DNA of 64,000 nucleotides from Candidatus Poribacteria bacterium (GTDB lineage Bacteria > Poribacteria > WGA-4E > UBA9662): contig PAQF01000078.1 of the NCBI GenBank assembly GCA_002709695.1, positions 116,980 through 180,979 of the forward strand, in the 5' to 3' direction. Position 1 is the stretch's first letter. Each line of letters begins with the position of its first letter. The notes under the pieces were generated by a model. The model was not told the origin of the DNA. It searched no databases and saw nothing but the letters and a program-made list of their open reading frames with translations. A program made the position numbers and the translations under genes. Positions 40,490-51,613 of this stretch are shown here, piece by piece.

Positions 40490-41638
40490 TTATTCAATCT
40501 GGTTCCAACCAATTCCTTGCCGAATGGCTTCGATTGCCACTTGATAACGCCAACCATCTTGAAAAGTCAAATAACTTTGATGGGGTTGATTGCAAATATC
40601 TGCGATGAAATCAATGACTAGTGCTACCCACATGTTTTGGATAATGTCACCAACTTGAGGCAGATTATTAGTTAATGCTTCTGGTATTGCTAAAGAACTC
40701 GTCTGAGAATTCTCAGTTTTTGAAAGTGAGAATGATAACATTCCCCCTCGCACTATTAAGGTTCCTTCATCACCATAGAAATACCAACCGTTAGTTTCAA
40801 CCGATTCGGCAATCCCACTTGTGACTCGCATCATAACAGGAACAACATTTTCTTTTTCTCTTTGAGAGTTAGGTAAGCTTAGTTTCATCAAGGCTGAAAA
40901 GGAACTTTCCCCATCACAAATCCGCCATTCCATATTGGTTGCGTCTTGAGGACTGATTTTGGTGTCTCGGAATTGCCGAAAGTCGTGTACATTAGTTAGA
41001 ACGGGGGCTCGTTCGTGCCTTTGTTCTGCTTGACCAACAACTGAACTTAGCTTCTTATTCGTTATTCTTTCTAGTATTCCTAACCAGTGTGGGAATCCAT
41101 TGTTAAGCATTCCTCCACCGTGAGATAGGGAGTTCATCCAACTCCAAGATTTTAGCTCTTTAGATTTTGGGTGGGAAGAAATTACATCAATCTGCTGCAA
41201 ATTACCAACTGATTGGTTACTCAACAGTTGATTGACCCAGGTTACACTGGGATGATAACAGTGAGTAGCTGCATAAGCATGTTTAACATTTGCCTCGTTG
41301 ACCAGATGATAAAAGTACTCGGCTTCTTTGGCTGTATTAGCCAATGGCTTGTCGCATAAAATGTGTGCGCCTAGCTCGACAGCCAATTCAATCACTGGAG
41401 CCCTCAAAATAGCAGGTGTGGCCAAAGCGACAATATCAGGTTTTACCTTTTCAAGGGTCTGTTGCCAATTGGTCGAAGCTATTTCTATGTCTAAATTAGA
41501 AGCAATTTTATCAACAACTTCTTGTTTACGAGCGCAGATGGCTGCGACCTTTACTCCACAGTATTGTAAGGCTTTGGTATGGCCTTCACCTGCCCATCCT
41601 GCTCCCACAATAATGGCCTTCAAATTCTGGGGTTTCAT
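40490..41638 (-). CDS. Gfo/Idh/MocA family oxidoreductase
   Basis: VGAGWAG, ATP, CDKPLA, GGGML...HWL. Confidence 0.88.
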   Translation of the reverse strand: MKPQNLKAIIVGAGWAGEGHTKALQYCGVKVAAICARKQEVVDKIASNLDIEIASTNWQQTLEKVKPDIVALATPAILRAPVIELAVELGAHILCDKPLANTAKEAEYFYHLVNEANVKHAYAATHCYHPSVTWVNQLLSNQSVGNLQQIDVISSHPKSKELKSWSWMNSLSHGGGMLNNGFPHWLGILERITNKKLSSVVGQAEQRHERAPVLTNVHDFRQFRDTKISPQDATNMEWRICDGESSFSALMKLSLPNSQREKENVVPVMMRVTSGIAESVETNGWYFYGDEGTLIVRGGMLSFSLSKTENSQTSSLAIPEALTNNLPQVGDIIQNMWVALVIDFIADICNQPHQSYLTFQDGWRYQVAIEAIRQGIGWNQIE

Positions 41639-41737
41639 ATTAGTAACCTCTATTGTTTTTTTACAATACCTAGAGTCGATTTGACAAACCAGAAATCCAG
41701 TGGACTTTCGTACAATTCGATGATATCAGAGGATCAT

Positions 41738-41766
41738 ATTATATTAACGATGAGAAGGAGTGTCAA
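41738..41766 (-). promoter_or_regulatory. Perfect consensus sigma70 promoter
   Basis: Minus strand TTGACA-N17-TATAAT, about 100 nt upstream of the start at 41638. Confidence 0.85.
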
Positions 41767-42395
41767 TTATTAGAAATTGGACAATGGCTGTCTACTTGTG
41801 AGTAGAGCAAATTTGGATTTTACACTTTGAGTTTCAAACATAATCTAATCAACTCTAAACTTAGGAACCCATTGCAAAAAAATGGATTAGAATTCGTTGG
41901 AGTAGGGGATTGAGAATTTATGCTATTATGTCATATTTCTTGCTGGAAATTGGGGGCTCTGGTTAGTGTTTCAAGATTAACCAGAGTACAAGCACAGTAC
42001 ATACATTTCCATTATGGATTCGTTTAGGTAGCCATTTTATTCTTAGAGGCGTCCATATTTAATTATGTTTTATTGAATAATCCTTGGATTTCTTTGCTTG
42101 AATGAGTGATTTCAAATATTGTCTCTAAGAAGCGGGTGCAATTAAAAGAATCACTACTGAGTGTATGGATGAATACCTTTAGTGAAACCATAATTCGATT
42201 GATGCATAATGAATCTTATTTCTTTTAATAGGTCCTAAATTATGTTAGAATACGCTTTCTTATTCCAATTAGCTATCTCCTAAATAATCCAACCCCCAGA
42301 ATGGTCTGTAATTCAGAATTTATTGGGCAGGTAACAAGTATAGGGGGCCGATTGTAGCCTCTTAAACACGATATTTATATGGAACTGGATTTAGA

Positions 42396-43211
42396 ATGAC
42401 CAAAGTATATGATTGCCAACCGACCCTTACTGATTCGCAGGTATTTTCTTTTTGTCGCGACGGATACTTAATGTTGGAGGGGGTTGTACCAAACGAAATC
42501 AATCAAAAAACGAATGAGTTTATTGAGCAAAATGGGCATAGGCCACTATTGGAAGAAGATTGGTTCATTGAACAAATCTTTCTGAATTCTGAGGTAGTTG
42601 GTGTCATAAGGTCTCTTTTAGGAGCCAATTTTGCATTGCCCATTAAATTGCCTAATCATCGAGCCAAATGTCCTCTGCCTTCCCAAAGTTGGCATCGAGA
42701 TGGTGGTTCTCGTTACGGCTGTGAATTGAATCACCTGCAAGTCTTCTATTATCCACAAGATACACCGGCAGAATTGGGGCCAACAGAAGTCTTACCAGGT
42801 TCACATTTCCTCTTTTCCTTGGGAAGTTGGATGGGCCACTATGAGGCCATACGTGGTTCTGTTTTGACTAGTGCACCAGCAGGTTCAATTTATATTACTG
42901 CATATTCGATCTGGCATCGGCGTGGGGTTTCTACAGCCACAGGCATACGTAATATGTTGAAGTATATATATTGGAGAACCACTCCTCCTGAGCATGATTG
43001 GATTAAGGAACCTGATTTCAACCATCGCCCACCTGCTAATTTTACCATGCCATCTGTTCAGCAACAACATCGCAATTGGTATGATGCTGCTGAAATGTAT
43101 TATTGGTTATGCGGTAGTAAGGAAAAACTTGAAGCTATGGTTGGAGACAAAGAATGGCCACCGGGTTATCCTGTTCCCCATTGGACCCCAGAGAACTATC
43201 ACAATTTCTAA
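42396..43211 (+). CDS. PhyH-family Fe(II)/2OG dioxygenase
   Basis: RDGYL, WHRD, FYYPQD, GPTEVLPGSH, IWHRR. Confidence 0.88.
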   Translation: MTKVYDCQPTLTDSQVFSFCRDGYLMLEGVVPNEINQKTNEFIEQNGHRPLLEEDWFIEQIFLNSEVVGVIRSLLGANFALPIKLPNHRAKCPLPSQSWHRDGGSRYGCELNHLQVFYYPQDTPAELGPTEVLPGSHFLFSLGSWMGHYEAIRGSVLTSAPAGSIYITAYSIWHRRGVSTATGIRNMLKYIYWRTTPPEHDWIKEPDFNHRPPANFTMPSVQQQHRNWYDAAEMYYWLCGSKEKLEAMVGDKEWPPGYPVPHWTPENYHNF

Positions 43212-43304
43212 TAGAACTGAAAAAACGTTCCGTCCTGAATCACATGGCTTGAAGATCCTTACCATAGTTCCACTAGATTTTCCTCCCATATCTATGCATA
43301 GTGA

Positions 43305-44618
43305 ATGACTGATCAAAATCAAACCGACGAAAAAGCGTTTCTTATTGGAGTAATTAATGGCGCTCTGTGGAACGTTGTTACTGCTGTTATCCAACCCGAG
43401 CTTGTGTTATCAGCTTTTATTCTTAGGTTAAGAAACTCCGTAGTTTTAACAACTCTGCCTTTTGTTATCATGCGTCTTACGCACATGATTTCAAGCCTAC
43501 TTATCTCAAATATTGCTGAGACATGGCCACGGAAAAAAATATTCTATGTTGCAGGAGGGAGTTTCCGTGTCATCATGTTATGTCTAATTTCCCTCGCAAC
43601 TTATACCTTGGGGAAAAACTGGCCGAATCTCTTGCTATGGGTGTTTTTAGTTCTTTTGGGGTTCTATGCAGCTGGAATTGGGTCTAGTAGTATAGGTTTT
43701 AACGAAATTATTGCAAAAACCATTTCCTTCCGGAGACGGGGGCAATTGATGGGGCTACGTGGCTTTTTCGGTGGCTTGGTTGGTATTGTGAGTGGTTTCT
43801 ATGTTAGATTCATGTTGGGTGACGCAGGTCCCTCTTTCCCGCAAAATTACGCCTGCTTATATGCTACAGCGGCGTTTTTTCTTGGTTGTTGTGTCTTTAG
43901 TTTCGCGTTGGTTAATGAGCCTGCTGGGTATGTCAACACCAAGCGGGCTTCTGTATATCAGCATATTATTCAAGGCATCAGTATTTTAAAAACGGATCAG
44001 AACTTTAAGTTCCAGTATCTGAATAATTTAATGCAAGCGATGGCCATCATTGGGCCAGCCGTTTACTACCCTTATGCTATAAAGTTGCTTGGGGTACCTG
44101 AATCATTCGTTGGTAGTTTGCTCATACTTTCCGCTGCCCTTACTCTTCCAACAAACTTTCTTTGGAGCTATATAGGAGACAAACATGGAAATCGCCTTCT
44201 TTTGTTGATAAATACTTGTGTTTTTGTACTTTCACCAATCTTGATCCTTCTATCCGGATATTTGATGCGAACACCGCTGGCTGCTGTGAGTTGGAATACG
44301 GGACTGGGTTTTATCACCCCAGTTCGTATTTGTCTGATTTTGGCCTACGCTATTTTTACCATGACGAATATTGGAGGAATGATTGGCAGAATGAATTACC
44401 TTTTGGAAATTGCTCCCGATGGACGTCGTCCATCCTATATTGCTTTTATGAATATTATGCTTACACCAGCGGCTGCTTTTCCCTTGATTGGTGGAATGGT
44501 CTCGGAAAATTTATCGTTCCAAGCGAATTTTTTACTATCGTTTACCCTGAGCTTGGTTGCCTTGTATTATGCATACCGATTAGGAGAACCTCGCAATCAG
44601 CAAATAAATGGAAGATGA
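43305..44618 (+). CDS. MFS transporter
   Basis: About 12 hydrophobic segments; RRGQLMG, GDKHGNR, EIAP..RRPSY. Confidence 0.88.
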   Translation: MTDQNQTDEKAFLIGVINGALWNVVTAVIQPELVLSAFILRLRNSVVLTTLPFVIMRLTHMISSLLISNIAETWPRKKIFYVAGGSFRVIMLCLISLATYTLGKNWPNLLLWVFLVLLGFYAAGIGSSSIGFNEIIAKTISFRRRGQLMGLRGFFGGLVGIVSGFYVRFMLGDAGPSFPQNYACLYATAAFFLGCCVFSFALVNEPAGYVNTKRASVYQHIIQGISILKTDQNFKFQYLNNLMQAMAIIGPAVYYPYAIKLLGVPESFVGSLLILSAALTLPTNFLWSYIGDKHGNRLLLLINTCVFVLSPILILLSGYLMRTPLAAVSWNTGLGFITPVRICLILAYAIFTMTNIGGMIGRMNYLLEIAPDGRRPSYIAFMNIMLTPAAAFPLIGGMVSENLSFQANFLLSFTLSLVALYYAYRLGEPRNQQINGR

Positions 44619-44791
44619 ATGCTAAGCAGTAGCCAATCTCTGATAATAGTTTATATGGGTTGTTAACTCTGTGAAAAAGTAAGATTTAGCTAGTAAGGTT
44701 CTCCTGTCCCTTTGCTCCGAGATGATTAGTTATGCTAGAATACGCTAACAATGAACAGATTCTATTTTCAAATCTATAAAGGAGTATTTGT

Positions 44792-45865
44792 GTGAATCAA
44801 AAAACCTATCGAGTTGGTGCTATTGGGCATAGTGGGGCAGGTAATTTCGGTCACCAAATCCATTTGGCCTACAGAGGTCTGGATAATGTTCAGTTTGTCA
44901 GTGTTGCAGATCCAAATCCAGATGGTCGTGAAAAAGCTGCCCAAGAGGCTGGGGCAACATCAAGTTATGCTGATTATAATGAAATGTTGATTGAGGAAGA
45001 TCTAGATATTGTTAGTGTGTGTCCGCGTTGGGGCACCGAGCGTTTAGATATGGTATTAGCCTGCTTAAATAATGGTTGTCATGTATATTGTGAAAAACCT
45101 ATGACAATGACCTTGGCTGATGGCGATCAAATTGTACAAACTGCAAAAGCAAATAACCTCAAAGTTGCCGTTGCTCATCAAGCCGTTTATTTGCCTCGTC
45201 TACATCAACTCAGACAGCTAATCGAAAATGGGAAAATTGGAGAGGTCGAAGTTGTGAGTGCAACAGGGAAACAGGATCACAGAGGCGGTGGTGAAGATAT
45301 GATTGTACTTGGTACTCATTTGTTTAATATGATGAGATTTTTTGTTGGAGACGTTAATTGGATGTCATCTCACGTAATTGAAGATGGGGATGAAATTGTT
45401 GCGTCCTCTGGGAGAGAGGCCAATGAACCAGTTGGCAAAATTGCCGGCGATTGTATTCGTAGTTACTTTGCTTTCAAAAGTGGTGTTTCTGGTTACTTTC
45501 AGTCTAAGAAAGATCGGGCACAGGGAGAACAGACTTACGGCATGAACATCGTTGGAACTGAAGGTGTTATTTCCTTGCTAGGTGGTGCTGCTGAGAACTT
45601 ATCCCTTTATCCTTATCGATATTTTAATCCGACGAACCAAGACCAAAGTTGGGAAATTATCCAACTGGAAAGCAACCAGTTAATGGAAGGGAATCGTCTG
45701 GCAGCACTTGACTTGATTCGAGCAATTGAAAATGACAACGAGCCTATTTCCAGCGCCGCAGATGCAGTAGCAGCCTTGGAGATGATTCATGGCGCTTACG
45801 TATCCCAAATTTCCGAGTCAAGGGTCTACTTTCCTGTTTCCGACCGGTTACATCCTTTAAATTGA
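44792..45865 (+). CDS. Gfo/Idh/MocA family oxidoreductase
   Basis: GAIGHSGAGNFGH, CEKPM, GKQDHRGGGEDMIVLGTH; RBS AGGAG. Confidence 0.9.
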   Translation: MNQKTYRVGAIGHSGAGNFGHQIHLAYRGLDNVQFVSVADPNPDGREKAAQEAGATSSYADYNEMLIEEDLDIVSVCPRWGTERLDMVLACLNNGCHVYCEKPMTMTLADGDQIVQTAKANNLKVAVAHQAVYLPRLHQLRQLIENGKIGEVEVVSATGKQDHRGGGEDMIVLGTHLFNMMRFFVGDVNWMSSHVIEDGDEIVASSGREANEPVGKIAGDCIRSYFAFKSGVSGYFQSKKDRAQGEQTYGMNIVGTEGVISLLGGAAENLSLYPYRYFNPTNQDQSWEIIQLESNQLMEGNRLAALDLIRAIENDNEPISSAADAVAALEMIHGAYVSQISESRVYFPVSDRLHPLN

Positions 45866-46030
45866 TCTGTAATTTTCCTTGTTAGGATTGAATAACATAT
45901 CTTGTGATGGTACCTGTTGACTTGTTATTTTTAAATGCCACCGCATATCATAAAATCAAGATTAATATATTTTTGTAATACTGTAACAGAGTTATTAAAT
46001 GGGAAAAGAAACAGTCTGTACTAATAGTTT

Positions 46031-47521
46031 TTAGGGGTTGTCAAGCTGAGCTATTGCATTTAAATAATTTGAAATTTGTTGTTGGTAACGAACAGGGATA
46101 CGATCTCTTTCTATTGCTTCAGCATAATTTTGTTTGGCATTCAAATATGCTCTTTGAAATGTGATGTATTTGGGCTCAATACTGCTATCAGAGTTTTGAG
46201 ACACAAAAACCCGCGAAAGTCCTTGGCGATCAGATGAAATAGTATTTAATTTGAGATCAACATTGTTAGTATCCTTAGGAAAGATAAAATCTCTATCTAA
46301 CTGTGTTGGTATTGACGTCGGTGTATCCTGGGTAGCATCGAAATTTTGCTTATTGGGTTTCCAACGATTATTGTCCGATTGGGTTACTATTCCTTGTGTA
46401 TCACCTGTTACAGATTTCTGACTAGGATGGCCACTGCCATCGGCAACGCTGCTACCACTTTGATTCATTTCAATTCCAGCTAGTGCTATACGCCTTCGGC
46501 CTTCCCGAATTCGGTTTAGCGTTTCCTCTATTGCCATTAAATGCTGAAGTTTCTGGTCTAGATCAAGTAGTGCGTCTGCCATACGTTTTAACTTCTCAGC
46601 GCTGACTACTTCTGGTTGTAAATTTGAGAGTTCGTCTTTGATTTCACTGGGTATATGTTTTTGTTCTAAAGCTTTCGCAATCTTTTGTAATTTTTGTTTG
46701 AGTTCATTTCTTTGTTCATCATTCAGTGCATCAAATTGGTTAGCTAATTTATCGAGATTTGAGGCTAAATTCCCCATGGTCGTTTGGGTTACTTCATAAG
46801 TAGCTTTTCGGGTTTCTTTGAGTTGTTTGGTTTTAAATTCCCGTTTTTGTCGCTGCGCTTGATCTTGGAGTTGACTCAAGCGAGCTTGTGCTTGTAGGCT
46901 CGTTATGTGTTTATCTTTTAATTTATTGATTGTTTCCTGAATTTCTGCGTCCAATTGGTTTTTGTCGTCAAAACCTATGAGATTTTCAAATTGGCTGACG
47001 GTTTGATCAATGGCTTGTCTTTCGGCTGTAGTTGGTAGTTTCGGTTGATTTTGCTCCTCATTGATAAAGAAAGAGAGACAAATTAAGGTAATTGGAATTG
47101 GAATCAATTTCCATGAAGCCGGCACTTTAAATGGGAAATCGGAGGATAATACAATTTTCTCAGCTTCATTTGCTGCATCATGTAGTTGAGCCTCATCAAA
47201 GTCGAGGTGGTCTTTCCTACGTAAAATGCAAACTGATGTACTTAGACGATCTTTCAGTTTCAAACGATCATCAGTAATCCTAGCGACTTGCAGAAGCTCA
47301 AGTTTTCGTGAAACAATAACAATTAAGATTCCAGTCAATAGAACAATTAAAGCAATTGGCAAATTAATGGGCAAACGGACAAACCTATTTACTGTCAATA
47401 GAATCCAAACCAGTGTTAGCCCACAGATTCCATAACGGGTACAATTATAGATAAGTTGATTATGGTAAAACCGTCGCTGAATTAGAACCAATTTGTTTAG
47501 TACAGATGATCTATTGTCCAT
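46031..47521 (-). CDS. Hypothetical membrane-anchored coiled-coil protein (DUF4175-like architecture)
   Basis: TMs with DDRLKLKDRLST, long helical Gln/Lys-rich region, Gly/Ser linker, C-terminal IPVRYQQQISNYL. Confidence 0.7.
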   Translation of the reverse strand: MDNRSSVLNKLVLIQRRFYHNQLIYNCTRYGICGLTLVWILLTVNRFVRLPINLPIALIVLLTGILIVIVSRKLELLQVARITDDRLKLKDRLSTSVCILRRKDHLDFDEAQLHDAANEAEKIVLSSDFPFKVPASWKLIPIPITLICLSFFINEEQNQPKLPTTAERQAIDQTVSQFENLIGFDDKNQLDAEIQETINKLKDKHITSLQAQARLSQLQDQAQRQKREFKTKQLKETRKATYEVTQTTMGNLASNLDKLANQFDALNDEQRNELKQKLQKIAKALEQKHIPSEIKDELSNLQPEVVSAEKLKRMADALLDLDQKLQHLMAIEETLNRIREGRRRIALAGIEMNQSGSSVADGSGHPSQKSVTGDTQGIVTQSDNNRWKPNKQNFDATQDTPTSIPTQLDRDFIFPKDTNNVDLKLNTISSDRQGLSRVFVSQNSDSSIEPKYITFQRAYLNAKQNYAEAIERDRIPVRYQQQISNYLNAIAQLDNP

Positions 47522-47795
47522 TAATTTGTTTCTTCTCGTTTAAATTAGTTTTGCCTTTTCTCTAAAAATTTTTGACTATCATTATTTTATCTGGTCTGAA
47601 GTTTTTATGTTTATATTTCTCTATATGTTTTTGTTGGGGAATGCTTGTTTAAGTGTTTGTTTTGCAGTCTTCACCGATGTATTCATTCAATACAACTAAT
47701 ACTAGTACCTGTAACTTCCTGTTTAAAAAACCAAGTTTCCTCGATTGTTAAACGCACTTTTTGAACTGCCGAATCTAGATTTATTCTCTTGCCAG

Positions 47796-49034
47796 CTAAA
47801 TATTGATGATTTCTATAGGGGTAGTATAACCACCTGCAATATGGGTTTCCAACCATTCTGGATCATCATTTCGAGGTAATGATAATACTGGTTTCCCTTT
47901 GCAACTCAAACGGTACAGTAACCGAGCATCATCAACCGAGTTAATATTTACTTTAGCTGGCGGAGAATTATGCAGCGTCATGTAATTGTCCCATAGAGTT
48001 ATGTCACCTGGCCGATGTAGGTGATCATAACGGAATTGTTCTTGGAGCACATGATCTTCAAGTCGGTCTAAAAAAGCACGGGACTTGCTTTGTGACATGC
48101 CATCGACTTCCACGGGAGGCCTTACACGAGGACGCGAAGCCCAGATTGGGCTATGGAACGACTTAATGCCAGAGCGAGGATTGGTGCGAACTAATGGTGC
48201 TAACCATCCTTCATCTGATTGATTTAATCGTCTTCGTAGTTGTATTTGTTCTAAGGCGAGTTGTTCTGAAGAAGGTAGGGCAGCAAAAGCAGATGCGGTG
48301 TCGACAAATGCCGTTTCACCATTTAAGGGAAGGCGCATTCGTTTCTGCATAAGTTCGTTGCAAGATCCCTCTAAATAAGGGGTAGTTGCGTTAGGTGCCT
48401 CCACCCAGTTTTTCCCCAGAGCGTTCCGAGATACAGGTGACTGATGGACCAAGAACATAGAAACATAAATAGGTAATGGTTCATACTCAATGTCTGTATG
48501 CCACGAACCTCCAGAACTGACTCGGATAGGGTTTTTATCATCTTGTACTCCGGTAATTTTTCCGCTGAAGTTGGAGACAAGCAATACGGCTGGTGATTGA
48601 TGAGGTAGGCACTGCAATTGGTTAGGGAATGTTAGATTGACTGCCGATACTCGTCGTTTTTCAAATGGAATCAACTCGAATGCTCCATTACTGTCTCCAT
48701 CAGACTGTGCTGGTTTCCCTCCGCGTAGGAAATTATTAGGGTGTGGCACGGGGGCTCCCCAGTAATTAGCAAATCGTTCAAAGTGAGCTAGTGAAAAGGT
48801 CGTTAGGTCTTGACCTGCTATGCAGATAATGCGGAATTGACTTAAGGCATCTAGCAAAAAAGTAATCTGCTCCGGATTCAATCGACCACACATATTTAGA
48901 CCAAAAAAGCGTAGTCCAGCACCACTGGCGGCCAATGGTCCTTCGCTATACGTGTCTTCACCAAATAGTCTACGTAATTGTTCATCCCAATGTTGCAGTT
49001 TCGCTTTTGGTTGCAGTTTCGCTTTTGGATTCAT
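47796..49034 (-). CDS. TauD/TfdA-family Fe(II)/2OG dioxygenase, long form
   Basis: WHTD, GETAFVD, PLVRTNP..G, WDNYMTLH, LYR. Confidence 0.88.
   Translation of the reverse strand: MNPKAKLQPKAKLQHWDEQLRRLFGEDTYSEGPLAASGAGLRFFGLNMCGRLNPEQITFLLDALSQFRIICIAGQDLTTFSLAHFERFANYWGAPVPHPNNFLRGGKPAQSDGDSNGAFELIPFEKRRVSAVNLTFPNQLQCLPHQSPAVLLVSNFSGKITGVQDDKNPIRVSSGGSWHTDIEYEPLPIYVSMFLVHQSPVSRNALGKNWVEAPNATTPYLEGSCNELMQKRMRLPLNGETAFVDTASAFAALPSSEQLALEQIQLRRRLNQSDEGWLAPLVRTNPRSGIKSFHSPIWASRPRVRPPVEVDGMSQSKSRAFLDRLEDHVLQEQFRYDHLHRPGDITLWDNYMTLHNSPPAKVNINSVDDARLLYRLSCKGKPVLSLPRNDDPEWLETHIAGGYTTPIEIINI
48993..49028. repeat. Exact 18-bp tandem duplication in the tauD-like 5' end
   Basis: TTGCAGTTTCGCTTTTGG twice, giving PKAKLQ-PKAKLQ. 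Confidence 0.95.
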
Positions 49035-49868
49035 AATTTCATCTCCATCAGATCGTTCTGTAGTTTTGCTGTTGGTGATTTCAAGCTATATGCTGATGCC
49101 AACCAATTCACCTGTAACAGAGCTTTACCTAGTTCCTAAAATCTTCCAATTAGCTTCTAATCCCACTCCGCAGAAAAATCGATTTTAGGCTAAACACTAG
49201 GTAATTAACCACTAAGTTCCAAAACAAGAAGACTACTTTAAACTATTTGAGTTTGGGTGAAACTGGAAAAACGGCTATCAAGGTAATTAAGGCGAAAATA
49301 GATACATCATTTGGGCTGAGGCGTTCGCATTCAGTTCTGTTTTAACTGTTTATTTAGAGAACGAGCTTGCGATTAAAAAGTTGACTGAATTCTGTGTTTT
49401 TAGCCATGGTTTAAGTATTATTCATCAGTTGATTACCTACATCCTGTTTATATTATTAGAGAGTAGGATCTATGATTAATTCGTGAATAATCTGCTGTAG
49501 GTATGACTCTTACTTAGTGGGTACTTCATTAGTTCATGTGAACCTTGGTTAATGCCATTTGTTGTTTTAAGTGCCAGAATTGGTTCAATAATAGCTCAAG
49601 AAAAACAATAACTGACATTTAAACAGGCGAAAATGATAAGTTTTTCTAATCTTTCAGACGTTCGTTGCTAACAGGAGTTTTTTTATTTATAATATATGTG
49701 CTAGTGGTAAAGTAAGAGTGAAACATAATAGCGTTGCTAGCACAAAAGTTATTATAAAACAAAACGGGAATTTATCTTGATTTTCTCAGATGGCAATTCA
49801 GAGTTTTAGTAACGCAGGATATATTCCGTAAATACATAATTTCATGGTAATTCATAAAGGGAGGCATT

Positions 49869-50777
49869 GTGATGGACGGGACGGTTGGGTCAATTTCAAG
49901 GAGGAAACTAACGGACGAGAGTGTATTTGCTGAGTTGAGCAACCAAGGATTTTGCGTTTTACCAAGCTATCTGCCAAGCGAACAAGTTAAAACTTTGACA
50001 GCGGCAGCACGCCGACTCCATCCGTCTTGGGCTGATCTCCCTTCCGAAGAGTTGCCGTCTACAGGCGACCTTCCAAGTCCAAATGCCTTTCCGTCTAAAA
50101 GTGCTGGTTTCCCGTATGAAGAGCCATGCCTTAATCAGATTATTGTGGCTCCAGATACAATAGCTCTTGCGAAACGTTGGTTGGAAACAGAGCAAATCTG
50201 CATGCGTGGAAGCGGTTGTTCTGTTCGTTACCCGGGGTTTGTCGATGGCACGGGCCGACACGTGGACGGATTCTCGCTACTTCCAACGAATAGGGCAAGC
50301 CGTCGACACAATCAACTCAAGTTTTGGTATTATCTTTCCGATGTTGAATCTGAGATGGCACCGACTTCGTTCTGGCCCACCCAATGGGATGAAGACGGTC
50401 CACATGTGGTAGGTGACGAGCAAAAAATTACGGGGCCGGCAGGTTCGTTGGTTGTTTTCTCAATCTTCACCTACCATTCGCGAAACGATTTTATTCAGAC
50501 GAATGGAGAGCGATATGTTTTCACCGTACGGTGGGGGCGTCGTGACCATCCGTGGGAAGGGATGTCAGAGTACGTGATGTCTGGGAGTAATCCGGCCTTT
50601 TCGGCTTTCGTCGGGAACTTAGCTCCTAGTACCCGAGAACTTTTCCATTTCCCGCCTGTTGGTCATCCGTACTATACAGAGGAAACACTGAGCGATTTAG
50701 AAAATCGGTATCCCGGATGGGATGCTCATGGTGAATACCATGCCGCCATTGGCACAAACGGCCGTACACAATTGTAG
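49869..50777 (+). CDS. PhyH-family Fe(II)/2OG dioxygenase (GC-richer than its surroundings)
   Basis: QGFCVL, RHVD, YYLSDV, GPAGS..FS..TYHSR; RBS GGGAGG. Confidence 0.82.
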   Translation: MMDGTVGSISRRKLTDESVFAELSNQGFCVLPSYLPSEQVKTLTAAARRLHPSWADLPSEELPSTGDLPSPNAFPSKSAGFPYEEPCLNQIIVAPDTIALAKRWLETEQICMRGSGCSVRYPGFVDGTGRHVDGFSLLPTNRASRRHNQLKFWYYLSDVESEMAPTSFWPTQWDEDGPHVVGDEQKITGPAGSLVVFSIFTYHSRNDFIQTNGERYVFTVRWGRRDHPWEGMSEYVMSGSNPAFSAFVGNLAPSTRELFHFPPVGHPYYTEETLSDLENRYPGWDAHGEYHAAIGTNGRTQL

Positions 50778-51135
50778 TAACTCATTATGTTTGTAGAAGG
50801 GGTATTATATATTTCAGATGTCAGTTTTTCTAATAATACTTTTCGTGATGGCGTAGAGCGTGTGTTTTTTTAGCCAACTAATTTTCTTGAGGGTATGTTT
50901 GTTTAGCAGCAGAAGGACTAGGAACACCTCAGTTTGAGATTCAAATGCTAAATGTTGTACCCACATGCATTGATTCCCGATAACCATTGTAGTGCTAGGC
51001 TATATGAAACGGCGGGTCGTGTTTTGTCACTACTTGGAATTTATGTTGCAAAGATATCAAGTTTAGAAGGTTTCGTATATCCTGCTTGCTCCGTAGGAGC
51101 ATCGCACGGCGGTCACGATCGAATCCCTACTTTGA

Positions 51136-51612
51136 TTACAAATCAATTTCCGGATCGGGGTGGATCGGATCTACCCAAAAAACGTTCTCAGGCTCTTCTG
51201 CTACAGGTATGTCTAAGTTTACAATTACAGGTTCTTGGTCACTGCGCACGAGAACGCATTCCAAAGATTCATCTTCATTTGCATTGATTTCTTGATGAGG
51301 GACATAAGGAGGAACGTAAATAAAGTCGCCAGGGCCTGCTTCGGCAGTAAATTCTAGTTGATTCCCCCACCGCATGCGCGCCTTTCCTTTGACCACATAA
51401 ATCACGCTTTCTAGGGGGCCATGGTGGTGTGCACCTGTCTTTGCGTTAGGATAAATTTTAACTGTTCCCGCCCACAATTTCTCGGCTCCTGCACTCGCCC
51501 GATTAATTGCTGTTGCTCTTGTCATTCCTGGAGTCTGCGCTGTGTCTAAATCGAGTTGGTTACTAGTTACTACTCGAACACCTTGTTCACGCCAATCTGT
51601 TTTCTGAGCCAT
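51136..51612 (-). CDS. Cupin domain protein
   Basis: AHHHGPLESVIYV..G, PGDFIYVPPYVPHQE. Confidence 0.9.
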   Translation of the reverse strand: MAQKTDWREQGVRVVTSNQLDLDTAQTPGMTRATAINRASAGAEKLWAGTVKIYPNAKTGAHHHGPLESVIYVVKGKARMRWGNQLEFTAEAGPGDFIYVPPYVPHQEINANEDESLECVLVRSDQEPVIVNLDIPVAEEPENVFWVDPIHPDPEIDL

Positions 51613-51613
51613 T

